A stretch of DNA of 60,181 bases, filler included. It is 5 parts of 5 records of this genome, joined end to end, with 100 filler letters (N's around TTAATTAATTAA, not from the genome) between each part and the next. Parts side by side here need not be neighbours in the genome. Positions count along the whole stretch, not along the records: positions 15,447 to 31,213 come from SRR31147125_24740; positions 31,314 to 38,667 come from SRR31147125_25141; 3 more parts are not named here. The stretch is one strand, 5' to 3'. Below, in pieces: positions 21,111 to 33,346 of the stretch. The position numbers and the translations under genes were made by a program. Below the pieces are notes generated by a model. That model was not told where the DNA came from. It saw only the letters and a program-made list of their open reading frames with translations, and did no database searches. The first letter of the stretch is position 1. Every line of letters starts with the position of its first letter.

Positions 21111-22571
21111 TTACTTAAAAATATACGGAGCAATTGGTTCTTTACTCTTAATCTTAGGTGCTTGAAAAACTCCAACTTCATGATCACTCTGTTGTTCTCT
21201 CCATTGCTCCATTTTTGAACGAAAGTCTTCAATTATTTCTTGGTAATTGGGATCAAATGCTAAATTCTGTAATTCATTTGAATCTTTAAGGATATCATAT
21301 AATTCTTCAGCTGAGCGATTATGATACCTCCACAATACAGATGCTGCATGTTCATCTTTAAATGATTCATTAACCCATGTACTCCAATATTCACGGCCTC
21401 CATCATGATCTGTAGCTTTGTTCATATGCGTGTTGTACAAATTATCTGGCTCCAGATTTAAGATATATTTATAGCGCTTGGAACGGATCATTCTCATTGG
21501 AGACATGTTCATCGTCCCATCACCAGTATGGCTGGCAAAAACAACATCATGCAAGTTATTTGTTTTGCCCTGTAATAAGGGGAGTAAACTTTTTCCATCA
21601 ATTTCGCTTGCACTATCTGAAGCATCTCCTCCAGCCATTTCAATTGCTGTCGGTAACAAATCTATTAGAGAGACTAATGCATTTGTTTCTTCACCTCCTG
21701 TAGCCACTTCAGGGCATTTTATTATCAATGGTACTCGTATTCCATAATCATATAAGTTCCACTTCCCAAAGGCCCATTGTGGTCCCTGATCAGCAGTAAA
21801 AATTACAATTGTGTTTTTTTGCAGATCATACTTCTCCAGACTTTTTAAAAGCATTCCTACATTTCCATCCATTTTGCTGATATCAGTATAGTAACGTGCC
21901 CTCGACTTCCTAGTTTCGTCAGTATCAATATGAATCGATGGGATATCAACTTTAGTATAATCATATTCAGCTTTTTCAGGCCATATCACATGAGGGCTAT
22001 GATCGTTTACGACCAGCATAAAAGGCTGCTCTGCTTTCGATGCATTTGATAACCAATCATCAACTGGTCCCATTTTAAGGTCAGTCCATAGAACACCTTT
22101 CCCTTCATAACCAAGTTCCGGCATGTTGGTATTATGTATCAACTCAAATGGATAAGAACTCATGGGACCAATATGAAGTTTCCCAGCAAAACCAACCTGA
22201 TAACCCAGGGATTGAAAAAAAACCGGAAGTGTTTTTACGCCTTCAAAAACACCGGTATGATTAGCATGAGCCCCATTTTTGAACGGATATAAACCTGTAT
22301 GTATGGATGCTCGTGAAGGAGAACAAGTTGGTGAACTTGCAAAAGCATTTGAAAATAAAATAGATTCTTGAGCTAACCGATCAAGATTTGGTGTTTTAAC
22401 CACTTGGTTTCCATAAGGACCAATGTCATTTGCACCTAAATCATCTGCAACAAAAATTACAATATTTGGCTTAGTGCCTTTACCAACTGGTTCTGATTTT
22501 GAAGTTAAAGGTAAGATTAAAGCGGATACAATCTGAATTGAGATTAATGCTTTAGATAGTTTCATTTTCAT
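21111..22571 (-). CDS. Sulfatase (S1, formylglycine-dependent)
   Basis: PNIVIFVADDLG, CSPSRASIHTG and GKLH. Confidence 0.93.
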   Translation of the reverse strand: MKMKLSKALISIQIVSALILPLTSKSEPVGKGTKPNIVIFVADDLGANDIGPYGNQVVKTPNLDRLAQESILFSNAFASSPTCSPSRASIHTGLYPFKNGAHANHTGVFEGVKTLPVFFQSLGYQVGFAGKLHIGPMSSYPFELIHNTNMPELGYEGKGVLWTDLKMGPVDDWLSNASKAEQPFMLVVNDHSPHVIWPEKAEYDYTKVDIPSIHIDTDETRKSRARYYTDISKMDGNVGMLLKSLEKYDLQKNTIVIFTADQGPQWAFGKWNLYDYGIRVPLIIKCPEVATGGEETNALVSLIDLLPTAIEMAGGDASDSASEIDGKSLLPLLQGKTNNLHDVVFASHTGDGTMNMSPMRMIRSKRYKYILNLEPDNLYNTHMNKATDHDGGREYWSTWVNESFKDEHAASVLWRYHNRSAEELYDILKDSNELQNLAFDPNYQEIIEDFRSKMEQWREQQSDHEVGVFQAPKIKSKEPIAPYIFK

Positions 22572-22712
22572 GTGTTTTAGAATTCAGTATAGACGTGTTG
22601 GGAACAGGTTGTCTTCATCACAATTCTTTTTAAAAACATTCTATTAATGAATATTTACCAAGTAATATGCGAAAATTAATGGAAGGTATTAAAAAAACTA
22701 CAATTGACAGAA

Positions 22713-24406
22713 TCAGTGTTTTTCCCTCATTATGCCCAATATTTCCTCCCAAGGCTCAACAAAATGATTATCAGCCCAATTGTCCCACATTTTAGACATT
22801 TCATCAACTAATTCTGGAAATTCGTATGCAATATCATTCATTTCTGATCTATCCTCGACAATGTTATACAATTCCCATTGATTTAGTTTGACACTCTTCC
22901 ACTTCATAACTAATTTGTATTTCCCTAACCGAACAGCTTTATTTCCTTCATGCTCCCAAAAAATTGGTTCATTATGAATTGGTTCATTTCCCCCTTTAAT
23001 TACTGACACCATACTTTCCCCTTGAATTGGATGAATTATATTACCATTATATTCTAAAGGATAATCTGCTTTGGCTAAATCAATAAAAGTTGCCATAATA
23101 TCAGGTATAAATCCATATTGTTCAACAAACGTTCCATTTTCATCATCAGGAATACCGCTAGGCCAATGAACAATACAAGGAGAAGAGATTCCTCCTTCGT
23201 GTACCCAGTGTTTATATTCACGTAAAGGAGTGTTGGAAGTATTTGCCCATCCACCTCCATAAGTTAAGAAATAGCCTTTTTTTGTCTCTAAAATATCTGC
23301 TGCCCCACCTCCAAACTCACCGCCTTCTTCACAAGCTCCGTTGTCATCAATAAACACAATTATTGTATTATCTAAAATTTGTTGTTCTTCCAGATATGAA
23401 ATCAACTTTCCAATATTCTGATCCATGCGATCAACTTGAGCAGCATAAATGGACATTCTTAATGCCATCTCCTTTTTTTGCGTTTCATCTAAACTATCCC
23501 ACTCTCGAAAATCTCTTGGAGGTAACTCACAATCATCATTCACCAAGCCAATTTGTTTCATCTTTTCATACCGTCTTAGTCTTATCTCATCCCACCCACA
23601 GCTATAAGTATCTCTGTATTTATCAACATCTTCTTTCATTGCATTTAATGGCCAATGAGGCGAAGTAAAAGCCAAATAGAGAAAAAATGGATTGTCTGGT
23701 TTTGTGCTTTTGCATCATCAATAAATTGAATCGCATTCGTTGTAAAAGCATCTGTAGTATAGTAGTTTTTATCTGTAATTGTAATCGTATCATTATTGAG
23801 TGTAATCCCTCGTGGATATTTCGGTTCAAAATAATTACTTGCACCATCAAGTATCCCATAATAGCGGTCGAATCCACGTTGTAAAGGCCATTGTCTTGTG
23901 AATTGCATACCCAAGTGCCACTTCCCCGTCATCAATGTTGTATACCCAGCTTCTTTTAAGACTTCAGCAATTGTGAGACATTGATTATTTAATGCTCCCC
24001 GGTATCCGGGCAATCCGCAGTCATGTCCGGAAAAATCTTCTGAAGGGTTTGTCATATGCCCAATTCCGGTTTGATGTGGGTATAAGCCAGTCATAAGTGA
24101 TGCTCTTGTAGGACAACAACGTGCATTATTATAGAATTGGGAAAACCGAATTCCATTATTGGCAAGCTTATCTAGATTAGGTGTACTAATTTCGCCACCA
24201 TAACATCCAATATCTGAGAATCCCATATCATCTGACATAATCAAAATAATATTTGGACGTTCCAGATTTCTGTGATTTTCTTTTTCATTCGCACATGAAT
24301 GAAAGATTATAAAGAAAAATGCTGCTAGTATTAGTCTATAACTCAAGTTCATATTCATTAATTTTCCCAATACTGATTTTCTATGATTCATTTTAATCAA
24401 TAACAA
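22713..24406 (-). CDS. Arylsulfatase (S1, AtsA-like), frameshift near 23685; start probably downstream of 24406
   Basis: PNIILIMSDDMG, CCPTRASLMTG and GKWHLG; the second ORF has AFTSPHWPL and FWEHEGN. Confidence 0.9.
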
Positions 24407-24455
24407 TCGTTATACTTTATTGAGGCCATCCATCAAGGACAGCCTCAAATTAGAA

Positions 24456-25927
24456 TTAATATCCAATGTTTTGAACTAAATTTTCATTAGCATCAATCTC
24501 AGGCTGAGGAATAGGAAATAAACGATGAAAAGGTTTAGCTAAAGTCTTTCCTCTATCCAAGGCGTTTTGAATAAATCTGTCATGTCTGAGTAAATCTTCT
24601 CTTCTTTTTGCTTCATTAAAAAACTCCCATTTTCTCTCATCAAGTATTTTATTTATAAAGGTAGCTTGGTCAGGAATGTCAGTAAGTGTATAATCAGGTA
24701 GTCCAGCTCTATTTCTTACCGTATTTAATAAGTCTAGTACTTCTTGCGAAACAGATCCCGTAGACATTACCAATCCTTCTGCTTTAATTAACAAAATCTC
24801 AGCATATCTAACCAAAGGGACATCTTGCCCCCTATTTCTGGAGCTGCAGCAGTCTCATCAATAGAATACTTAAAACTTCTTGGGTGATTATATTTATTAC
24901 CTGTTGGTCCTTCATTAGGGTCAAGCAAATTTACAAATACCCCACTTCTTGTATAATATTCGGTAATAATCAACTCACTCCTTTTATCGTTTGCATCAAA
25001 CGTATTATAAAAAGGAATAGGAATAGTTGATTGTGTTGCCGCATTTACCACGTCAGTAGGATAATCTCCTGGTAGCATATTTCTAATTATACCGTTTCCT
25101 ACAGAATTTGAAGTACCTAGATAAGGGAAAACAAATATCAGTTCTTTATTTCCTTCATTATCTAATGAGAAAATATCGGCATAATTGGGTAATAATTGGT
25201 ACTCCCCTAAATTCATTACATCCTGTGCAGTTTTTGCTGCATCTCCCCATTTCTTTCTGTTTAACTGGTACTGAGCCAACACACCTAAAGCTGCGCCTCT
25301 TGTAGCTCTTCCATATTCGGTCTCTGGTCTGGTTGTTGGCAACATAGGAGCAGCAACGGTCAATTCAGAAATAATAAAATCCTCAATTTCTTGATTTGGA
25401 GTATTCGTAGGGAAAAGATCCATTGTCGTTTCGGTAACAAGTGGAACGCTCCCAAACCATCCTTGAAGGAATCGATAAGCCGAGGCTCTAATAAACTTAG
25501 CCTCACCAAGATACTCAGACTTAAGTTCGTCGCTCAATACCGGATTGTTTGGAATCTCTGTAATCAATATGTTAGCATCTCTGATGCTTTTATAGCCATC
25601 TGTCCAAAAACCACCAATAATTTGAGTATGACCTGGATCAAAGTTAAATTCCTGATATTTATTCGTAACATTGTTAAAAAACCACGCTTCATAATTAAAA
25701 AACATATCGGTAGTCATTTCTTCTATATGAATCCGATTTGCACCACCTTGATCCAAATACCTAAAATGACCCCATGCAGAAGCTAAAAGTGCCTCAATAC
25801 CTTCTTGTGTATCCAGAAAAGCCCCTGAAAATTCTGAAGCAGGTTCAATATCCAGTGGTTCTTCGCAGCTCACTACAAAACCGCCCAGTAAAAAAGTATA
25901 AACTAAATATTTATATAATAATTTCAT
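24456..25927 (-). CDS. susD: SusD/RagB lipoprotein (frameshift near 24825-24830)
   Basis: Lipobox VVSC and GEAKFIRA; C-terminal RYAEILLIKAE, ERKWEF and FPIPQPEID...LVQN. Confidence 0.9.
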
Positions 25928-25939
25928 CTTTCTATTTTT

Positions 25940-28900
25940 TTAAAATCCTACATTAATTCCAATTTGATACATCCTGGAAGACGGATAAGCATTACGATCT
26001 AAACGTATGCCTGACTGTCCCAGTGAATTGACATCTGGATCATATCCAGGATAATCTGTTATTACAAAAAGATTTTGCCCTCCAATAAATATATCGAGCG
26101 ACTTCAAAAAGCTATTATTATACAAAGGAACGGCATATGATAACTGCACATTTTTTAAACGAATAAAAGAAGCATCTGCCACTGAAAAGCTGTTGGATAC
26201 TGTTCCCCCATAGCTCGCTGGATTTATTCCTGATGGCCATGTATTAGTAGGATTATCAGGTGTCCATCTATTAAGAAATGGATCTGCTAAGCGGTTTCTA
26301 TAAGTATCGTTTGGATATAGTGCATCATGTAAAGTATAATTTACCATCTCCACCCCCATAGAACCATCAATAAATATATTTAACTTTAAATTATTATAAC
26401 TCAATGAATTGTTTAAGCCAAAAGTAAAATCTGGATATGGGCTACCCAAAACAACTCGATCTTTAGCATCAATTATATCATCATTATTAGCATCATACCA
26501 TATTGGATTTCCGTGCACTATATCTGGTTGTGCAGCAATAGGCGCTTGCCCTTCTTGAAAAATTCCTATGACCTTGGTACCATAAAAAGAATACAAAGCT
26601 TCACCTGGACGGATAAGGTAATCATGATCTGAAGAACCTCGTATGATTTCCGGCAGTTCACCTAAACTTACTACCTCATTTTTTGTAGTCGTAATATTAA
26701 AATCGGTAGTCCATTTTAGATCACCTGCAAGATTAACAGAACTTATCATAAACTCTAGTCCTGAATTATCAACTTGACCAACGTTGCTCGCTAGTATTGA
26801 GAAACCTGAAGTACTTGGAATAGGTAAATTAAGTAGTAAATCTTTATTTGACTTTTTGTAATAATCAATACTTCCTTTTATTCTAGAATTTAAAAACCCA
26901 AAGTCAAAACCAACATTAAACTGTTCCGAAGTTTCCCATTTCAAATCAGGGTTTGGTATTCTGGATGGAGAAATACCAGATACTTGTTCTCCGCCAATTA
27001 CTGCAGTAGGTCCTCCAGAATATGTAGCTAATGCACGAGCAATACCTATATTATCGTTACCTAGTTGCCCCCAACCTACTCTTAATTTTAATTCGGAAAG
27101 CACAGACGAATCCTTTAGAAATGATTCGTTATTTATTTTCCATGCCCCTGAAAAAGAAGGGAAATAGCCATATCTATTATTCGCTCCAAAATTAGAAGAT
27201 CCATCAGCTCTTATTGAAGCTGTTAATAAATACTTATCATCAAAACCATAATTAATTCTTCCTAAATAAGATAACAATCTTCGCTCTGAAGAGTAGCTAC
27301 CAACTGTATTTGTAGATTGTGTTCCAATACCTAAATCATTGGTCTCTATAATATCAGACGCAAAGCCTTGGGTTCCTGCAGAAAACGTTCTGTTTTTAAA
27401 AGACTGGTATGTACTACCTGCCATTGCTGTTACGGTATGCTTATTTGCTAAAGTTTTACTGTAGGTTAAAATACCTTCAACTAAGGTATTTGCCAATTCT
27501 CCTCCAATAATAGTGGCAATACCTCCTGCATTGGCACCTTGTAAGGAAATTCTATTTGAATAAATATCTCTTCGCTTTGAAGCTCTATCAGACCCCAAAG
27601 ATACTTTAGCCTTTAAATCTGATGTAATACTGTATTCTCCAAAAAGATTAACCAAAGTACGATTATCTACATCTTTAAGGGATTGCCCATGAATTTTCGC
27701 ATAGGGATTTCCTAATGTTATTCCAACTATTCCATCAGTCTGAGGATTAAAAATACTACCATCATCATTGAAGATTGGAAAAATTGGCGCATTATTTAGC
27801 GCCGTATTTACAGCATCAGCTTGTTCGTTAAGTGCAAAACCATTTACTGGAACCTGTTGATTCTTTTCTAAGGATGTGTTTAATTTCATTCCAAAAGTGA
27901 AATTTTCACCAATCTCTTGTTCAATATTTAATCGAGCCTGATATCGTTCATATCCAGTATTTTTTATAATCCCTTTTTGATCATAGTAACCTAGTGAAGC
28001 GTAATAATTAGTATTACCAGACTCTCCAGATAAGGATAAATTATGCGACTGCGTAGAACCCATTTCTAATATTTCATCTTGCCAATCAGTTCCCGCTCCA
28101 ACAGAACTAATAAAACTGTTATCAAACGGAGCTGAATTACCTCGAGCTAATTCCAATTCGTTCATCACATCAATATATTCTGATGTGCTTAATACATCCA
28201 CCTTACTTCTAACTTCAGAAATTGCATAACTTGCGTTATAACTAAACTTAGGAGCACCACTTGCGCCACTTTTTGTAGTTATGATTACAACCCCATTTGC
28301 TCCTCTCGAACCATATATTGCTGAAGCAGAAGCATCCTTAAGAATTTCAATAGATTTTATATCAGCTGGATTTATGGAATTCAACGGATTAGCTTCAGGT
28401 AAATTACCATCAAAACCACTGGTGAAACTTCCGGCAGCAGCAGCAACATTGTTAATAGGGAATCCATCTACAACATATAAAGGCTCTTGACCTGCAGTAA
28501 TAGAACCCGTTCCTCTAATTCTAACAGAAACACCTCCTCCTGGTGCATGGCTCGATTGTGTAATCTGTACACCTGCAGCTCTACCCTGAAGCATTTGATC
28601 TGTCGACGTAGGGTTAACTTGATTTAAATCATCTTCGTTAAGTGAAACAACAGAACCTGTCAAATCACTTTTCTTAACCGAACCGTAGCCAATAGCAACG
28701 ACTTCTTCCAATCCAATTGCATCTTCTTCCATCCTTATATTAATGGAAGATTTATCGGCTACAGTAATCTCTTGAGTAGCCATACCAACGAAAGAGAAAA
28801 CTAAAACAGCATCAGGTGGAATATCTGAAAGTGTATAATTACCATCAAAATCAGATATTATTCCCTGTGTAGTTCCTTTTACAACTATAGTAACTCCGGG

Positions 28901-29338
28901 AAGAGGAGCACCGGAAGAATCTGTTACTTTACCCGTAATTGTTTTTTCCTGAGTAGAAAAATCCTGATTCTTTAATCGCTCTTTTTTAGTTAATACAATC
29001 TGACGATTAATAATTTCATAACTAATGTTCGTTCTTCGAAATAAGTTATCCATTATTTCTTCAATGGTTTTGTTTTCTAATTGAAGATTAACACTACGGG
29101 TAAGGTCAATTTCTTCATTTTTATACATGAAAAAATAATCGCTTTGTTTTTCAATTTCCAGCAAAACATCACGAACCTTTCCATTTTTGAATGTTAGTGA
29201 CAATTTTGATTGCTGTGAATAAACACTGGCACTCAAATGCATAAAGCTTATTAGCAAAATCAGAAAGGTTAGTTTCATAATACGTAACCATTTTTCCAGA
29301 GTATAATATACCCTGTCGTTAAACCATTTTTTTTTCAT
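25940..29338 (-). CDS. susC: SusC/RagA TonB-dependent transducer with N-terminal STN extension
   Basis: LEEVVAIGYG, SIEILKDASASAIYGSRGANGVVIITTK, NPDLKWE and a C-terminal Phe. Confidence 0.95.
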   Translation of the reverse strand: MKKKWFNDRVYYTLEKWLRIMKLTFLILLISFMHLSASVYSQQSKLSLTFKNGKVRDVLLEIEKQSDYFFMYKNEEIDLTRSVNLQLENKTIEEIMDNLFRRTNISYEIINRQIVLTKKERLKNQDFSTQEKTITGKVTDSSGAPLPGVTIVVKGTTQGIISDFDGNYTLSDIPPDAVLVFSFVGMATQEITVADKSSINIRMEEDAIGLEEVVAIGYGSVKKSDLTGSVVSLNEDDLNQVNPTSTDQMLQGRAAGVQITQSSHAPGGGVSVRIRGTGSITAGQEPLYVVDGFPINNVAAAAGSFTSGFDGNLPEANPLNSINPADIKSIEILKDASASAIYGSRGANGVVIITTKSGASGAPKFSYNASYAISEVRSKVDVLSTSEYIDVMNELELARGNSAPFDNSFISSVGAGTDWQDEILEMGSTQSHNLSLSGESGNTNYYASLGYYDQKGIIKNTGYERYQARLNIEQEIGENFTFGMKLNTSLEKNQQVPVNGFALNEQADAVNTALNNAPIFPIFNDDGSIFNPQTDGIVGITLGNPYAKIHGQSLKDVDNRTLVNLFGEYSITSDLKAKVSLGSDRASKRRDIYSNRISLQGANAGGIATIIGGELANTLVEGILTYSKTLANKHTVTAMAGSTYQSFKNRTFSAGTQGFASDIIETNDLGIGTQSTNTVGSYSSERRLLSYLGRINYGFDDKYLLTASIRADGSSNFGANNRYGYFPSFSGAWKINNESFLKDSSVLSELKLRVGWGQLGNDNIGIARALATYSGGPTAVIGGEQVSGISPSRIPNPDLKWETSEQFNVGFDFGFLNSRIKGSIDYYKKSNKDLLLNLPIPSTSGFSILASNVGQVDNSGLEFMISSVNLAGDLKWTTDFNITTTKNEVVSLGELPEIIRGSSDHDYLIRPGEALYSFYGTKVIGIFQEGQAPIAAQPDIVHGNPIWYDANNDDIIDAKDRVVLGSPYPDFTFGLNNSLSYNNLKLNIFIDGSMGVEMVNYTLHDALYPNDTYRNRLADPFLNRWTPDNPTNTWPSGINPASYGGTVSNSFSVADASFIRLKNVQLSYAVPLYNNSFLKSLDIFIGGQNLFVITDYPGYDPDVNSLGQSGIRLDRNAYPSSRMYQIGINVGF

Positions 29339-29419
29339 AAATTTGTGAATGTAAAGGTTATACAATAATCCCTCTTAGGGGTTAAAAACCATGATTCATG
29401 TTTTCGGCATGAATTTTAC

Positions 29420-29452
29420 AAAAGGAAAGTGTTAGCTGCACTTTCCTTTTTT
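29420..29452 (-). terminator. Hairpin between fecR and susC
   Basis: AAAGGAAAGTG-ttagctg-CACTTTCCTTTT. Confidence 0.6.
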
Positions 29453-30411
29453 TATGGTTTGGTAATCAAAACTTTGTTTTCAATTATTTTATATTTTATT
29501 TGATTTGTTTTTGACAAAAGATTCAACATCTCTTTAAGGCTTTCAGTCTTTATAGTCAGAGTATAAGTTTCATCCAAATTGATTGTTTCATCCAGAATGA
29601 TTTTCACACCATACCACCGTTCCATCTTTTTAACAACATCACTAAATGGAGCATCTTCAAAACGTAAAATATTCTCTTTCCATGAAGAATATAGATCGGT
29701 GTTTACCCTCCTCTTGTTTATTCTACTGGTATTCTGGTCATAAGTAACTTGCTCTCCTGGGCTTATGACTACCCAGTTTTTGCTGGATGAAGCTTTTGCA
29801 TGTACTGAACCTTCTTCAAGCGTCACTTGATATTCAGATTCGCCACGATAAGCACACACATTAAAACGTGTCCCTAAAACACGAATATCCAACTGGTTCG
29901 CATTAACAACAAATGGTTGATGTTTATTTTTGGCAACATCAAAAAAAGCTTCCCCATTAACAAATACTTTCCGCTGTTTTTTACAGAAAATTGCAGGATA
30001 TCTTAGACTTGTACCAGAGTTAAGCCAAACCTTAGTTCCATCATACAATGTGATTGTAGATTTTTCTCCAACAGGAACCTGTATTTCATTATAAGCAACT
30101 GCTGTCCTAAAACTCGAATTGACAAAGTGTAAGCTTAATCCACCAATAAAAAAAGCTAAGATAAAAACCGCAACATATTTTAAAATTGTTTGATTTAGCA
30201 AGAGCTCATTAACTCGTGATTCCTTTTTAAAGAACTTTAGAGAATAGTTTGGAGCAATTGATTTCATTCCTGATAAAACCCACAATTGTTTTAGCTCCTC
30301 ATATTGCTTCCTGTTTTTTTGTGAACTTTCTATCCAATCCAGAATTTCAGTAAATTCCTTTTCGGATAAATGATCTCCTTTTATGTATTGAATTATTTTT
30401 CTCTTGTCCAT
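29452..30411 (-). CDS. fecR: FecR-family anti-sigma factor
   Basis: TM helix, LYDGTKVWLNSG, GEAFFDVAKN and VLGTRFNV. Confidence 0.92.
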   Translation of the reverse strand: MDKRKIIQYIKGDHLSEKEFTEILDWIESSQKNRKQYEELKQLWVLSGMKSIAPNYSLKFFKKESRVNELLLNQTILKYVAVFILAFFIGGLSLHFVNSSFRTAVAYNEIQVPVGEKSTITLYDGTKVWLNSGTSLRYPAIFCKKQRKVFVNGEAFFDVAKNKHQPFVVNANQLDIRVLGTRFNVCAYRGESEYQVTLEEGSVHAKASSSKNWVVISPGEQVTYDQNTSRINKRRVNTDLYSSWKENILRFEDAPFSDVVKKMERWYGVKIILDETINLDETYTLTIKTESLKEMLNLLSKTNQIKYKIIENKVLITKP

Positions 30412-30476
30412 TTTAAGACTGTTTGATAGTATAACCTAAACTGCCTTATTTACCCTAATGGTCAAGATTAAATATT

Positions 30477-31058
30477 TTAGAGAAATAAGATATTGAATAA
30501 AGGAAGGTAATCACGCAACTCTTCACGAAGTAGTTTAAGAGCTTTCGAAATATGAGCCTCAACAGTTTTAATACTAATGTCTAACTCGTCAGCTATTTCT
30601 CTGTTTTTTTTGTCCTCAAACCGACTTTTCTCAAAAACAATTTTCACGGATGGCGATAGTTTAGCAAGAGCCAAATCTATTTTTGCTTGCAGTTCTTCAA
30701 ATAAAAAATTGTTGGTATTAAACTCCTTTAAAGAATGGTAATTTATTTCAGACTGACGATCCTTTATATAGTCTGTATAACGTTGCTTTGAACGTTCTTT
30801 ACTAATGTGTTTTAACGATTTATTTTTCACAACTGTGAAAAGCCAAGCCTGTAAATTAGTATCCTCCAGAAGCATCTTGCGATTATTCCAAAGTTCAGTA
30901 AACGCTTCCTGAGCAATACTTTCAGAGGATTCCCTGTCATGTAAATATTGATTAGAAAAATAAGATAGTTTTGGAAAGAAAAAGCCATACAACTCTTCAA
31001 ATGAGTTTTTATCTTCTAATTGAATTCGTTGTACTATTTCTTTTCCGGTAAATTTCAC
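30477..31058 (-). CDS. ECF sigma-70 factor (Bacteroidota PUL type)
   Basis: Region 2 QEAFTELW; region 4 SRFEDKKNREIADELDISIKTVEAHISKAL. Confidence 0.93.
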   Translation of the reverse strand: MKFTGKEIVQRIQLEDKNSFEELYGFFFPKLSYFSNQYLHDRESSESIAQEAFTELWNNRKMLLEDTNLQAWLFTVVKNKSLKHISKERSKQRYTDYIKDRQSEINYHSLKEFNTNNFLFEELQAKIDLALAKLSPSVKIVFEKSRFEDKKNREIADELDISIKTVEAHISKALKLLREELRDYLPLFNILFL

Positions 31059-31130
31059 AAGGTTTAAGCTTCAAAGTTTGATGAGATTTATGCGTCATCA
31101 AAAATAGGTACATTTTTTTAAAATAACAAA

Positions 31131-31160
31131 TAGGCTGTTCCCCAATTGAGAAACAGCCTA
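31131..31160 (-). terminator. Intrinsic terminator-like hairpin
   Basis: TAGGCTGTT...AACAGCCTA inverted repeat, followed by a T-rich tract on the minus strand. Confidence 0.6.
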
Positions 31161-31213
31161 TCCTTTATTTAATAACCAGAGTTTTAAATCTTGCCTCAGT
31201 TTCAACTAATTTT

Positions 31214-31313
31214 NNNNNNNNNNNNNNNNNNNNNNNNNNNNNNNNNNNNNNNNNNNNTTAATTAATTAANNNNNNNNNNNNNNNNNNNNNNNNNNNNNNN
31301 NNNNNNNNNNNNN
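31214..31313. other. Artificial contig linker
   Basis: N44-TTAATTAATTAA-N44. Confidence 0.98.
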
Positions 31314-31802
31314 ACCACCATACAGATAGCTGGCAAAGTAAAGAGCAATGTAATTTAGCATCATTGTAGATATTATCTCGCTTATGCCTCTATACGATTT
31401 GAGAGCTCCAGCGATTGCTCCCCAAAGAGCTCCGCCAATAATACCCAAAGTCATACCAATTAGTGCCAACAAAAAACCATTAATCGTAGGAAACGTCGTT
31501 ACAAATGCTACACAAAATAGTGAGCCCATTAACAGCTGACCATCTGCTCCGATAGAGAATACACCGCTACGATAGGCAAATGTAATAGCCAGTCCTGTAA
31601 ATATTAATGGCGTTGTCTGTACTAATACCTCTGTAATTCGATATGTAGATCCTAGTGCACCTTCCAGCATATAGCCATATGCTATGATAGGGCTATTACC
31701 TGTGATTTTGATTATCACACAGCCTACCAATAAAGATAGAAATATCGAAAGAATAGATACCAAAAACTTAGGATTTAATATGGTTTTTTCAAGCACTTTC
31801 AT
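31314..31802 (-). CDS. Nucleoside-type (CUT2/Nup) ABC permease, 3'-truncated
   Basis: TPLIFTGLA, GVFSIGADGQ and SEIISTMMLNYIA. Confidence 0.88.
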
Positions 31803-33329
31803 GTTTATTACCTCCCATCATACTAGATATATGATTAATATTTGGTGATTTTCCTGACACCTCTCCCATAATCTCTCCCTCGAACATTACAATTATTCTA
31901 TCAGCTACTTTGATTACTTCATCCAAATCAGCTGATACGACAACAACAGCACATCCCTTGTTCCTCGCTCGGATAAGTCTACGATGCACGAAATTAGTTG
32001 CTCCTATATCCAGTCCGCGTGTGGGATGCATAGCGACTATGATCTCTGGCTCTGCTTCTAGCTCTCGTGATAGTATCACCTTTTGCTGGTTTCCACCAGA
32101 TAAATTCTGCGCAAGATCATTGCCATCTGAACAACGAATATCATATTTACTTATCATACGCTCAGTATGTTCCTTTAAGCAGTCTTGTAACAAATATGCA
32201 CCATTTGCTACAGAGAATGCAGACTTGTGCATGTCTTTGATTAGAATATTATCCTGAATACTCATCTCGCCAATCAGTCCTTGCTTGTTCCTATCCTCAG
32301 GTATATGAACAATACCATTGCGAATGAAATTAATTGGGCTGTAGTTTCTTACCTTTTCCCCTTGAGTATACATTCTCCAGTATCCGGTGTCAGTAGTCCA
32401 GTGATCAATCCCACTAGTTGGCTTTGCCCATTGCCATCTACACCAGCAATACCTAATATCTCGCCACGACGCACACGGAGATTGATATTTTTTATCTCTT
32501 TGTTATCTCTAGGTACGTGCAGTGATACATCATTAATCTTGAGTATAGGAGTTTCCATAGACTCTAGCTTTTCGTAGGATACGGTTCGCACCTTTTCTCC
32601 TACCATCAAATCTGCTAGCTCTTCCTCTGTTATGCTATTTGTATATACTGTGCCTACAGAATGTCCTCGGCGCAGTACAGATACACGTTGAGATATTTCC
32701 ATCACTTCTCTCAGTTTATGTGAGATAAAGATTACTGACTTGTTCTTTGATATTAATTGGTTTATTATGCTAAAGAGTCCAGCTACTTCCTCATCGGTGA
32801 GCACAGCAGTAGGCTCATCTAGGATAAAAAGCTCTGCGTCATTGTACAGCGCCTTTATTATCTCTACCTTCTGTTGTTCTCCTACTGACAGCTGAGAAAT
32901 GCCTGCATGTATATCAACTTGTAGTCCATACTCTTGTTGCAGCTCGCTGATTTTTTTTGCGGTATCTTCTTTATTTAGAAACACACCTTTGCTCGTTTTG
33001 CTGCACAGTATAATATTTTCTAGTACTGTCATGGCCTCCACCAGCATAAAATGCTGGTGCACCATGGCTATCCCCTCTGCCTTGGCAGCTTGAGGGGTAT
33101 CAAAGGTATGTTCCTTACCATGATAATATATTGTTCCATCAGTAGGCTCATATAGTCCTGAAATGATATTCATCAATGTGCTTTTACCAGCACCATTTTC
33201 ACCTAGTAGTACATGAACCTCACCGTATTCAATATCCAAATCAACTTCAGACAAAGCATAAAAGCTATCAAATTTCTTTGAGATACCACGCAATTGCAAT
33301 AAATAATCTTTTTTATTCATATATAACAC
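31789..33329 (-). CDS. Nucleoside/sugar ABC ATPase with two NBDs (frameshift near 32355)
   Basis: GENGAGKS, HQHFML, ILDEPT, IAGVDGNGQ, LSGGNQQK and PTRGLDIGA. Confidence 0.9.
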
Positions 33330-33346
33330 CTACATCCTTTATGCTC

